This document shows, piece after piece, positions 26,977-38,719 of a stretch of DNA of 64,000 nt. Position 1 is the first letter of the stretch. Each line of letters opens with the position of its first letter. Source of the DNA: Azolla caroliniana. Its lineage: Eukaryota; Plantae; Polypodiophyta. The position numbers were made by a program, and so were the translations under genes. The notes below the pieces were generated by a model, which searched no databases, had not been told where the DNA came from, and saw nothing but the letters and a program-made list of their open reading frames with translations. Location: NCBI GenBank assembly GCA_043228905.1, contig JBHGNT010000015.1, positions 12,896,001 to 12,960,000 of the forward strand, written 5' to 3'.

Positions 26977-29900
26977 TGTTCGGATTTCGGTCCCTCCGGA
27001 TGGGATGTCCCCGGAGATAAATGACGGCAAGCCCGGTTGCGGTTACGGAGCCGGATGATGAAGACCCCGGTTACGGAGCCGGATGCTGAATGTACCCGGA
27101 GAGAGATCCGGATGCGGGGACATATTTGTGAATATGTTTGCTAAGAGCCCTTGAGGCTATATTTGTAAATAGCCCGAAAGTCATATGTGTATAAATATGA
27201 CTTAGGGCAAAAAGTTTATGTCGTTGCTCATTTTTTTTATGTTTTCAGCCGAGAGAGAGAGAAAAGTGAGTAGCCGAGAGAGAGAGAGAGAGAGAGAGAC
27301 GAAGAGGTCGTTGCCTCTGTGTACTGCCGCCGCCTATGGCGAAGACAGTGAGCTCAAGGTTGTTGCCTTGTAGCTTCACCATTGTACATCTCTGTCTATA
27401 GTGATAGTTGGAGTTTGAGGACTCCCGTGGTTTTTCCCCAGTTAGGGTTTTCCACATAAAACATCCCGTGTACTCTTCTCTCTATTGTACTTCGTGCATT
27501 TTGTATTTCCTGTTTTCTGAAAGTTGATCCTATTCCTCGGTTGTGGCCGAGCACTGTTTTACTACAAATTGGTATCAGAGCACGGTTAACACAGAAAATG
27601 GAAGGCGGCGGTAGTGGGCCTCCGGGCATGATGGTGTTGAACTCACATAACTACGCCGACTGGAAGATAAAGATGGAAGACCTTCTCATCGTTCGAGACC
27701 TGTATGAACCGATCGACAATGCCGAGATACCCAAGGGGGTAATAGAGTCGGAGTGGAAGCTCCTGAACCGGAAAGCCGTAGCGACGATCCGGTAATATGT
27801 CGATGTAAGCGTTCTACAACATGTGGCGAATGACACCAACGCATATGAGATGTGGAAGAAGCTGTCGGGCCTCTACGAGAGGAAGAATGCGTTGAACCGG
27901 ACCTCCCTGATGAGGAAGATAGTGAACCTCAAGTACCGGGACGGCGAGAATATGGTTGAACACGTGAGCACGTTCATGGGATTCGTGAACCAGCTTGCGG
28001 CGATCAAGTTCCCGTTGGAGGATGCAATGCAAGCCATCATTCTGATGTGTACATTACCGGAAAGCTGGGAGAACTTGGTGGTGACTCTCAGCACCTCCTG
28101 CACCGAAGATAACTTGTCTCTACAAACGGTAAAGACAAGCATTTTGAACGAAGAAGCGCGTCGGAGAGATAAAGAACCGGTTTCCGATCCGAAGATGCTG
28201 CTTACCGAATCGGAACGGGGAAGACAATGGAACTGGAGTCCGCAAAGACGGGAGAAGTCGGGGACCCGGTCGCAGTCAAGAGGAAGACCCACATGCTTCC
28301 ACTGTGGGAAGCCGGGGCACTTCCGGAAGAATTGTCGGCATTACCGAAAGGACAACGGAGCCGACGACACCGATTCGAAGAAGTCACCGGAGAGAAACGG
28401 TGCATACCGAGGAACCACGGACCGGAGAGGTCCGGATCGGCGAGGGCAGGACCGGAAAGGAACGACGGCACTCGCGGCAAGTGAGGAAGAAATCATGCTC
28501 ATCACCGAAGAAGGTGAACTAAACATTGCCGGCGATGAGACGACCTGGGTGGTCGATTCCGGAGCATCGTTCCACCTGACCCCGGAGAGAAGATACTTCT
28601 CATTCTACACAGCCGGTGAGCATGGCTGTGTTCGGATGGGAAATGAAGGTACGTGCCGCATTGCCGGCATAGGAGATGTGTGGTTGACAACCTCGACCGG
28701 ATGCAAAATGCTGCTGAAGGATGTTCGACACGTTCCGGAGGTTCGATTGAACCTGATTTCGGCCGGGAGGCTAGACGATGAAGGCTACACGGGTAGCATC
28801 CGGAACGGTGTCATGAAGTTCAGCAAAGGGAGCCTGATAGTGGCTCGGGCCCGGAAGATCAACACACTGTACCTGATGAATTCCCGGCTATGTCCGGAGG
28901 AGCTGAACGTGGCAGCTGACACTGCCGGTGAGCTATGGCACAAGAGACTGTGCCACATGAGCGAGAAGGGGATGAAGAGGCTTGCCGAAGACAACCTGAT
29001 ACCGGTAAAGCATGTACACTTGGGGAAGTGTATCGACTGTCTGGCCGGTAAGCAAAACCGGACCTCCTTCCACTCAAGGCCACCGACGAGACGTAGCGCA
29101 CCATTGGAGTTGGTGCACACTGACGTGTGTCAGGTAGAAACGAAGTCACATGGCGGAGCCCAGTACTTTGTAACATTCATAGATGACCATAGCCGGAAGC
29201 TGTGGACGGCACCGTTGAAGACAAAGGACCAAGTATTGTCCGTCTTCAAAGAACTCCACGCGAGAGTGGAAAGGGAATCCGGCAGGGAGCTGAAAGCGAT
29301 ACGAGCGGATAACGGAGGGGAATACCGGGGGCAGTTCGAGGAGTACTGTCGCTCGAAGGGAATCCGGCTCGAGTTTACTGTGCCGAAGACGCCGGAACTG
29401 AACGGGCTGGCCGAGAGGATGAACCGGACCATAATGGAGAGGGTCCGGAGTATGCTGGCACATGCGGAATTACACAAGGGGTTTTGGGCTGAGGCGATGT
29501 CGACGGCGACATACGTGTTAAACAGATAACCCTCAGTACCTTTGGACGGAGACACGCGGCAGAGAGTGTGGACCGGTAGGGAAGTATCCTACCGGCATCT
29601 GAAGGTGTTCGAGTGTCTCGCATATGTGCATGTGGCAAAGGACCGGAGAGGAAAGCTAGACCCAAAGACCCGGCCATGCATATTCCTCGGTTACGGCGAC
29701 GACGAGTTCGGCTACCGAGTATGGGACCCGGTCGACAAGAAGATATTCAGGAGTCGAGATATCATCTTCATGGAGGACAAGACACTCGCCGACTGGGAGT
29801 CGGAGAAGAAGACGAAGAGCTCCAAGTCAACCGGTGAGGATCAACTCTATGAAGAGCAGTCCCGACCGGCAAGGGACCGGTTAGCACTCGAGGATCCGGC

Positions 29901-32299
29901 CGAAGACGGTGAAGAAACAGAACCAGCCGAGGAAGATGTAACAGATACCTGAACCGGCCCCGATCCTGAAATGGATTCGGATGAAGAGGAAACGGAGGAG
30001 CCGGTTACCGAAGCTCCGGAACGGAGATATCCTCTAAGAGAGAGAAGGGCCCCCCGGAGATTTCCGGAACCAGAGCACGTGCTGCTAACCGACGAGGGGG
30101 AGCCGGAAAGTTTTGAAGAAGCAAAGCTTGACAACCATAGCCGCATGTGGTTAAGTGCCATGCAGGAGGAGATGGATTCCCTGCATGAGAACCACACATA
30201 TGAACTTGTGGAGTTGCCGAAAGGTAAGCGGGCACTTCGAAACAAGTGGGTGTTCAAGCTGAAACCGGGAGATGCCAGAAACCCCCCGAGATACAAAGCC
30301 AGGATCGTAGTGAAGGGGTTCCAGCAGAAGAAGGGCGTCGACTTCGACGAGATATTTGCCCCGGTAGTGAAGATGACCTCCATCCGGACGGTGCTGAGCA
30401 TAGCGGCAAGCATGGACCTCGAGGTAGAACAGATGGACGTGAAGACGGCATTCCTTCACGGTGACCTCGAAGAAGAGATCTACATGCAGCAACCGGAAGG
30501 ATTCGAGAAGAAAGGGAAGGAGCACCTGGTATGCCGGTTGAAGAAGAGCCTTTACGGACTGAAGCAGGCTCCCCGGCAATGGTACCGGAAGTTCGACTCC
30601 TTCATGACCGACGAAGGGTACCACAAAACGCAGTCCGATCACTGCGTGTTTGTGAAGAAGTTCGAAGGAGGAGACTCTCTAATACTCCTCTTGTACGTGG
30701 ACGACATGTTGATCGTCGGACGGGACCAGGGCAAGATACGGATGCTGAAGAAAGCACTTCACCGAACCTTCTCAATGAAGGACCTGGGTCCGGCGAGGCA
30801 AATACTAGGGATGCACATCATCCGAGACCGGAAGAAGAAGCAGTTGTGGCTGTCACAGGAGAAGTACGTAACAAAGGTGCTTCACCGGTTCAACATGTCG
30901 GAAGCAAGACCTGTCGGATCAATCCTCCCGGCAAACTGCAAGCTGTCCAGCAAGCAAAGCCCCAAGACAAAGGCTGAGAAAGAGGACATGATGAAAGTAC
31001 CATATGCCTCTGCCGTCGGAAGCTTGATGTACGCAATGGTGTGTACAAGACCGGACATAGGATATGCAGTCGGAGTGGTGAGCCGGTACATGAGCAATCC
31101 CGGCAAAGAACACTGGAACGCGGTCAAGTGGAGACTGCGATACCTGAAGGGCACGACAAACGTATGCCTCCGATTCGGCTCCGGTAAGCCCGAACTCGAC
31201 GGCTTTACCGATTCGGATATGTCGGTTGATGCAGATACCAGCCGGTCCACATCAGGGTATGTGATGACGTATGCAGGGGGAGCTGTTTCGTGGCAGTCGA
31301 GGCTGCAGAAGACGGTTGCGTTGTCAACCACGGAGGCGGAGTACATGGCGGCTGTTGAAGCCGGCAAGGAAATGATATGGATGAAGGACTTCATTAGAGA
31401 GCTCGGTATCCGGCAGGAGGAGTACCGACTCTACTGTGACAGTCAGAGTGCCATCCACCTTGCGAAGAACGCGGCCTATCACTCCCGGACGAAGCACATC
31501 CAGCGAAGATATCACTGGATCCGGGAAAGGATAGAAGACCAGGAGTTCGTGCTGATGAAGATCCACACGGACGAGAACGGCTCAGATATGCTGACCAAAG
31601 TGCTCACACCCGACAAGTTGGAAGCATGCCGGAAGAGGATTGGATTGGAGAGACATCCCATGCCGAAGTGAAGGGGGAGTTTGTTGGGATTTCGGTCCCT
31701 CCGGATGGGATGTCCCCGGAGATAAATGACGGCAAGCCCGGTTGCGGTTACGGAGCCGGATGATGAAGACCCCGGTTACGGAGCCGGATGATGAAGACCC
31801 CGGTTACGGAGCCGGATGCTGAATGTACTCGGAGAGAGATCCGGATGCGGGGACATATTTGTGAATATGTTTGCTAAGAGCCCTTGAGGCCATATTTGTA
31901 AATAGCCCGAAAGTCATATGTGTATAAATATGACTTAGGGCAAACAGTTTATGTCGTTGCTCATTTTTTTTATGTTTTCAGCCGAGAGAGAGAGAAAAGT
32001 GAGTAGCCGAGAGAGAGAGAGAGAGAGAGAGACGAAGAGGTCGTTGCCTCTGTGTACTGCCGCCGCCTGTGGCGAAGACAGTGAGCTCAAGGTTGTTGCC
32101 TTGTAGCTTCACCATTGTACATCTCTGTCTATAGTGATAGTTGGAGTTTGAGGACTCCCATGGTTTTTCCCCAGTTAGGGTTTTCCACGTAAAACATCCC
32201 GTGTACTCTTCTCTCTATTGTACTTCGTGCATTTTGTATTTCCTGTTTTCTGAAAGTTGATCCTATTCCTCGGTTGTGGCCGAGCACTGTTTTACTACA
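26977..32299 (+). mobile_element. Full-length young Ty1/Copia element G
   Basis: LTRs 26977-27566 and 31682-32299 nearly identical; TSD ATACC; PBS tggtatcagagc at 27570; PPT aagggggag at 31671. Confidence 0.96.
27598..31671 (+). pseudogene. gag-pol: Copia G gag-pol in a single frame with three premature stops (27793, 29527, 29950)
   Basis: CFHCGKPGHFRKNC, VVDSGAS, RADNGGEY, YVDDML, TDSD; all sub-ORFs are in the same frame. Confidence 0.94.
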
Positions 32300-33020
32300 A
32301 TACCTTCTCTCCCCATCTCCCTCTCTTTTATAGCTCAAGGAGGGAGGTTGTTTCACCCGTTTACATCACATTAATTCTCTGTCCTTTCGGACAGAGATAC
32401 TCCTCGATTCTCCCTATAGAATATTGCTACCTAGGATTCGACTTTTGTGCCTACCTATCTACTATACAACAAGGGGCGTGCCCACGTGTAAGGGCCGGTT
32501 CACACACGCTATACACGGTTTGCGCCTGGGGACGGTTTTCTTCACGACATCGTTATGACCTCTGTGTCGATTTCTTTGATCACCTTGTCGGCTTCTTTGT
32601 GTGGCGGTGCCTCCATAATCATCAAGAAGCCCTCGAGCCCGTGTTGCTTTAGCCATTTCTTGGCGGCTTCCGACAGTGTTTGCGGGTCCATGTCTGTGTC
32701 GAGGTCGGATTGTGGTGGCGAGGTTGGATGGTGATGAGAGTGAGAGTGAGAGAGAGAGAGTTCAGAAAGCGGGGGTTCTCTGTGCATAGGTTCTCGTCTG
32801 GTGATCTGCCAACGCCTTGGTGCTTCTGTGCTCCTGGGTTCGCGAAAGTAGAAGGTCTCCATGCGCTGTGGTTTTTCTTTGTGCATTCTGGCGCCTTTTT
32901 CGAGCGTGTGCATGTCGTGTCCTAAAATAAAAAGCGAAGTAATCCTGCAAAAGCGAGGTATGAACGGACGAGAGAACGAGGAGTGAAAAGGTACGTAGTC
33001 GGCATTTAAGCGCCGCCACA

Positions 33021-35650
33021 GGACTACCGGAAACTCAATGCGGCTATGGTAACGGATGCGTTTCCACTTTCGTTCACAGATGGAGTGTTGGATGCCGTCG
33101 CCGGCCATGAGGCCTATAGCTTTCTAGAAGAATTCAGCGGGTATAATCAGATCCGGATGCACCCTGACGACCAAGAGAAAACGGCTTTCGTCACCGAATG
33201 GGGGGTGTTTGTGGCCGTGGTGATGATGTTCGGGTCCTCAAAACGGCACCGGCAACATTCCAACGAATCATCATGGAAATCTTTGGTGAATATATCCCGA
33301 CTTTTATGCAGGTTTTCCTTGACAATTTCGCCATCTATAGCCGGGAAGAGGACCATTTTCAGCACCTCCGTCTTTGTCTAGAAAAGTGTAGAGCGTACCG
33401 GCTAAGCTTGAATCCGGCGAAGTGTGTATTTGGCGTGTCCAGTGGAACCCTACTAGGACATATTGTGAGCAAGGAAGGCATTGCAGTTGACCCGAACAAA
33501 GTGAAAGCCATATTAGAAGCACTGGCGCCGGCAATGGCAAAGGCATTGAGTCGGTTCTTAGGCCAGATCCGGTGGCACAACCGGATGCTCCGATACTTGG
33601 CCGACCTGGCTACACCGTTGCATGCCGCGGTACATCGAACACCATTTCAGTGGACCGACACCGAGGATAGGGCATATACGGCCCTCAAGGTACTATTGTC
33701 GCAAGCACCGGTAGTGCAGCCTCCGGATTGGAGTAAAGAATTTCATGTGTTCGTGGACGCCTCCGACATCGCAATCAGAAGCGCACTGATGCAGCTTACA
33801 GAGCCAAAGTGGTACCGGCCAGTGTACTATGCCAGCCGAAAGCTATCCCAAGCGGAATGGAACTACTCTACCACGGAACGGGAAGCTCTAGGGATGATCT
33901 ACAGTGTGACAAAGTTTTGGCATTATTTATTGGGAAGGAAGTTTTCCTTCCATGTAGATCATTCGGCACTCCTCTACCTGGTGTCCAAGGCGTCACTCAC
34001 CGGTAAGTTGGCCCGGTGGACCTTACTGTTACAGGAATTCGAGTTCGAAATATTCCACCGACCCGGTATACAGCATGCCGTAGCGGATTATTTAAGCCGA
34101 TTAGAGTTCGGAGAGACGGGCGACGGAGTAGCGGACGAGTTTCCGGATGTGGAGTTGTTTCAAGTCACTACGGAAACGGCAGAAGATGAAACAGTGGCAC
34201 AGGAAGACAAGTGGCTCACAAATATGCACCAGTTTTTGAGCACAGGACTGCCTCCAGAGGAGATGAACCGGGACGAAAGGAAACGCCTGGCGGTGCAAAG
34301 TTGACATTTTTGCTTACTGCGAGACACAATTTACCACAAGGGCGCGGATGGCATATGGAGACGGGTTGTGCGCAGCGATGAAAAGGACCTCATACTGAGG
34401 GAAGCCCACTGCGGAGTTGCCGGAGGTCACTATGCCGGAGATGTGACGGCCAGGAAAATATGGCAAAGTGGCCTATGGTGGCCAACTACATTAAGAGATG
34501 TTGTACGGTACGCAAAAGAATGTGACCTATGCTAGCGAATGGGCCAGCCAACGGAGCAAGCTCGGATGCCACACCAGCCTGTACTACCACTCGAACCATT
34601 CCAGAAGTGGGGGTTGGACTTTGTTGGACCGTTCAAACCACCGGCAATGAGAACAGGTAATCGGTACGTCATCGTCGCGACGGATTACTGCACGAAATGG
34701 GTGGAGGCCAAAGCCTTAAGAGACAACACCGTTGCGTCAACGGCAAAATTTCTATACGAATACATCTGGTGCCGTTACGGATGCCCAATCGAATTAATAA
34801 GCGACCAAGGGGGCACTTTCTCGGCCAAGTAGTTGAAAGCCTGACGACATTCTATGCCGTTGTCCATAAACGGAGCACACCGTACTATCCGCAAGCAAAC
34901 GGGTTAGCTGAGTCGACGAACAAAACACTCCAGACTATCCTCCGGAAGATCGTCAACGAAAACCGAACGGATTGGGATACCAAGCTACATAGCGCGCTTT
35001 GGGCATACCGGACAACATACAAAACGAGCATCCGAACAACACCGTTCCGGTTAGCGTTCGGACTAGAGGCGGTCATGCCGGTGGAATTCCAAGTGCCAAG
35101 CTTACGGATCCAGCTACGGGAACGGCTGAATGAGAAGGAGTCGGAGGCAATACGGTTAACAGCGCTGTGTGAACTCGAGGAACAACGACTGGCAAGCATC
35201 CTGCACTTAGAATTGGAACAACGGCGACGGAAAGCATTTGTCGACCGGCACAGAAAAGGAAATGAAAAAATGTTCGAAATCGGCAAGCCGGTGTTAGTAT
35301 TTCAGACCCGGATGGGCAAGATGCCGGGTAAACTACGGTTTAGATGGACCGGCCCGTATTGGCTGACACGTGACTATAATGGGTCCTACCAGTTAGGGAC
35401 ACTTGCCGGCGAAGTGCTAGGCAAATGGGTCAACGGATTCAGATTGAAGCCATATAGAGGACCGATGCCCAAGAACCCATTTGAGCAAAGGACCGACACC
35501 GGATTGGGAACCGGTGCGGAAATGACAACCTGTGAGGGAAACGGCAACCGCCAAGACGGAGGAGACGGCAAGCCAGTAATTGGGGAGAATGAGGCGACGA
35601 CAAACTGTAATGAGGCCGGTAAGGGTCCGATAGGACCAATGGACAAGTAA
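33021..35650 (+). pseudogene. pol: B2 pol with frameshifts and stops; no chromodomain and no extra RNase H seen
   Basis: ORFs 33046-33381, 33198-34304, 34539-34832 and 34697-35650. Confidence 0.9.
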
Positions 35651-36009
35651 CCTCACACTACATTAAAAATTAAAAAAAAAAAAAAGAAAAAAAAAAAAAG
35701 CGAAGTAATCATGCAAAAGCGAGTGAAAAGGTACGTAGTGGGCATTTAAGCGCCGCCACAGGACATAATGCTATTTTAGGACACGACGTGCACACGCTCG
35801 AAAAAGGTGCCAGAATGCACAAAGAAAAATCACAGCGCATGGAGACCTTCTACTTTCGCGAACCCAGGAGCACAGAAGCACCAAGGCGTTGGCAGATCAC
35901 CAGACGAGAACCTACGCACAGAGAACCCCCGCTTTCTGAACTCTCTCTCTCTCACTCTCACTCTCATCACCATCCAACCTCGCCACCACAATCCGACCTC
36001 AACACAGAC

Positions 36010-38230
36010 ATGGACCCGCAAACGCTGTCGGAAGCCGCCAAGAAATGGCTAAAGCAACACGGGCTCGAGGGCTTCTTGACGATTATGGAGGCACCACCAC
36101 ACAAAGAAGCCGACAAGGTGATCAAGGAAATCGACACAGAGGTCATAACGGCGGAGGCGATCCGTGCGTTACCAGGCCTTCCGGAGGGAGGCATATTCAC
36201 AATCGACAATCCGACCTCGGAGCAACTCATCAAGTATTTTGGTGAGTACTCCCTAGCCAGCAAGGGCTACCGGACACAGGGTGGCAGAGATATGTTGTTT
36301 CGTGAGATTGCCCGTGTGCTCCACGAATACGGCCATGTGTACCTTAGACCCCCTGTCATGCCGCAGAACCGACCAGGGATGATCATCGCCACCTATGAAG
36401 GGATCAAGGTGGATTGGCCGGTGTTGATCGCAAACGGGTTGTGTGTGGCGATCGAGATCGTCAAAGGAAAAGACGGCACAGAAGGCCGAGACGGACGGAG
36501 GATATGGCACGCAGTAACGTAGTGGCTCACCTTGCTTGTGCCACCTGTCCAGCCCGTCCAACCCAAGAAGCGGGGAAGAGTGGCGGACGGCACCCCAAAG
36601 ACTGCTTCCAAAAGACAACAACTGTTGGCCTCTAAGGCCACTAAGGGGAAGGCGGCGGACGCAGAACAAGCGGGAAAGGAGAGCGCCAGCCGGAAGCGGC
36701 CAACGGAGGCGCAAGAGGAACCACCAATACGGCCCGTAAAGATTACACTCCGCCGACCGGTGAATAGACTTGGATCAGGTCACGACAGAAATGGCCAAAA
36801 TGGCCTTAACGGCAACACATATCCAAGCACCGGTGACTCCGGTAAGTGTACAGGATAAAGAAGCAGACCAACCTGTACATACTAATAAGACCCCGGCAAC
36901 GGAGACCGTTCCAGAGAGAGATGCGGCGCAAGCCCAGGAGCTTGCGGAATTGAGAGATGAACTTACCGCACAAGAAGCGCTAAGGAGCCGTGAACGGGAA
37001 TTGAAGACAGCGGCCGAAGCAGAATTAAAGAAGACTGTTGAGAACCTCCGCCGGGCAGAGGAGAGCCTCTGGAAAGGCCATCAAGCTTACGACCGGCTAT
37101 GGGAGGAAAAAGACAAAGTGCTACAAGAAAAGGACAAGTTGCGGAAGATGGCGGAAATGGAAATTGAACGGCTAAAGGGGGAGCCCCGCCAGCAGAAGGA
37201 CCGCGAGGATCGGGCCCGTCGACAGATCAACGTACGGCTCAAGCAAAAGACAGATGATTTTGAGCACCTGCACCAGGACTACAAACGACTGGAAATGGAG
37301 CATAAGGAACGGATGGCCGAGCTCCGGCAGGAAGTTGATCAGGCCGCGACGGCGCTTGCCGACGAACGAGCGGAAAATACAAGACGGTTGGACGAGGCGG
37401 AGAAGGTCCGGATGGAGCTCCAGAGGCAGCAACAGGAAGAAAGGGAGAGAGCGACAACGGTATTGCAAAAATTACAAAGCACATATCAAGGGCAATTGAT
37501 GCATTACAAGGAGCAGGCGGACGGCAACGTCAAAATCATCAAGCAATTGCAGGTGTAACGGCAAGCTGCGGAGATCAAATCGCAGATGGGAACGAGCCGG
37601 ATTCAGTGCATCCTCCGGGCATGGCTGAATCAGACAAAACGCTTGATTGACGAAAGCTCCGTAAGATGGTGGACAAAGTGGGCACAAAATACGGCGGAAC
37701 TCCAATTGCTACGGGAAGACGTGGAAAACTGGCGGAAGGAAGGAGATGATTGTTACACGTTGACTTCCGAGGACTTCATTGCCATACGGGACGAGCTGGC
37801 TGAAGACTTCCAAGTCCTGGCGGATGAACAGCTGGTGCAGGTCCGACAACTCGTAGCTCAGCTAGATGATGATAGGCTGGACGCTCAAATCCAGTTTGAG
37901 AGCTACGAGTGGTCCCGAGTTCAGGAAGAAAAACCACGAGAAGCGGCAACGGTTAACCTTAGTGATGAGGAACCGTCGTCGGCCGAGGGCCAGGCCAGAA
38001 CCAGTCAATCGGAGACCACTACGACGGAGGGAGCAACGACGGAAACGCCGGTGTCAGAGCAACAAACGGAGGAGCAGCCGCAGCAGCCACCAAAGGACCA
38101 GTCGCAACAGCCATCAACGAAGCAGCAACAGTAGCAGCAACAACCACAACAACAACAACAACAACCAATTCCAGATGAACCATTGGAGACTCTCGAACAA
38201 AGCATTCTGGATATCTTGGACGAAGAATAG
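36010..38230 (+). pseudogene. B2 extra ORF2 (coiled coil) with an internal deletion near 36767
   Basis: Near-identical to the minus-strand ORF2 of B1 but lacks the Pro/Glu-rich segment. Confidence 0.85.
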
Positions 38231-38719
38231 CAAGGGTCGGATGGTGGATTCGACGTACAAGGTACTGTCCCACGGGCGTGCCATGTGTTACCGGCCGGCA
38301 AAGGAGTCCAGAGTGTGAAGCGAAGGAGTTATTTAATTATTAAGGAATGGTTGTGAGTAAGCTATTAGTGTGGACGGACAGACCGGAATCGGTATGCGTT
38401 CCAGATCCGGACCGATCCCGAACAGGTGCGGATGGCACCGTTTTGTACTACAAACCGGAAACCTATTTAAAGGCCCGGATACAATGTAATGGGCAACAGA
38501 TAATTAATGAAGCTTAGTGTTTTTATCTCTCTGTGTTAATTGTTGTTCTGGATTCATTGTTATATCTTACGCGTGTGATTATTAAGGACGATCTTGCTAA
38601 GCAACCTAATTAAGTCGGATTAATCGTTGAGCCTAATCCTCTTGCCGTAACACCCCTTTAGTGAAGTGTCTTCCGTAGACACCCTGTGTTAGGCCATTGT
38701 CCGGCCCTAAGAGTTAACA

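Larger units (their letters stand above)
25180..32549 (-). mobile_element. Non-autonomous tRNA-Trp Gypsy element C (truncated 3' LTR, gag remnant, PBS, 5' LTR)
   Basis: LTRs 25180-~25795 and 26546-26976+32305-32549; PBS ttcacgtcgggttcacca at 26523-26540; 4-bp TSD CCGT/TCGT. Confidence 0.87.
22534..32691 (-). pseudogene. B1 extra ORF2, a long coiled-coil protein, split by element C (32691-32550 and 25179-22534)
   Basis: MDPQTLSEAAKKW..EVIT|AEAIRAL joins exactly as in the uninterrupted copy at 36010. Confidence 0.85.
33021..38719 (+). mobile_element. Athila-like element B2, 3' half (RT-RNaseH-integrase, ORF2, 3' LTR 38286-38719), inverted inside B1
   Basis: Begins mid-RT at DYRKLNAA; FLDNF, VDASD, WGLDFVGP, GPY motifs; LTR of the same family as B1. 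Confidence 0.88.

Noticed and set aside
27793-27795. Programmed stop read-through in Copia G
   Set aside because: The stops fall inside domains and are each one substitution from a sense codon.
29847-31566. Long antisense ORFs over Copia pol
   Set aside because: These are shadow frames of GC-rich coding sequence with no motifs.
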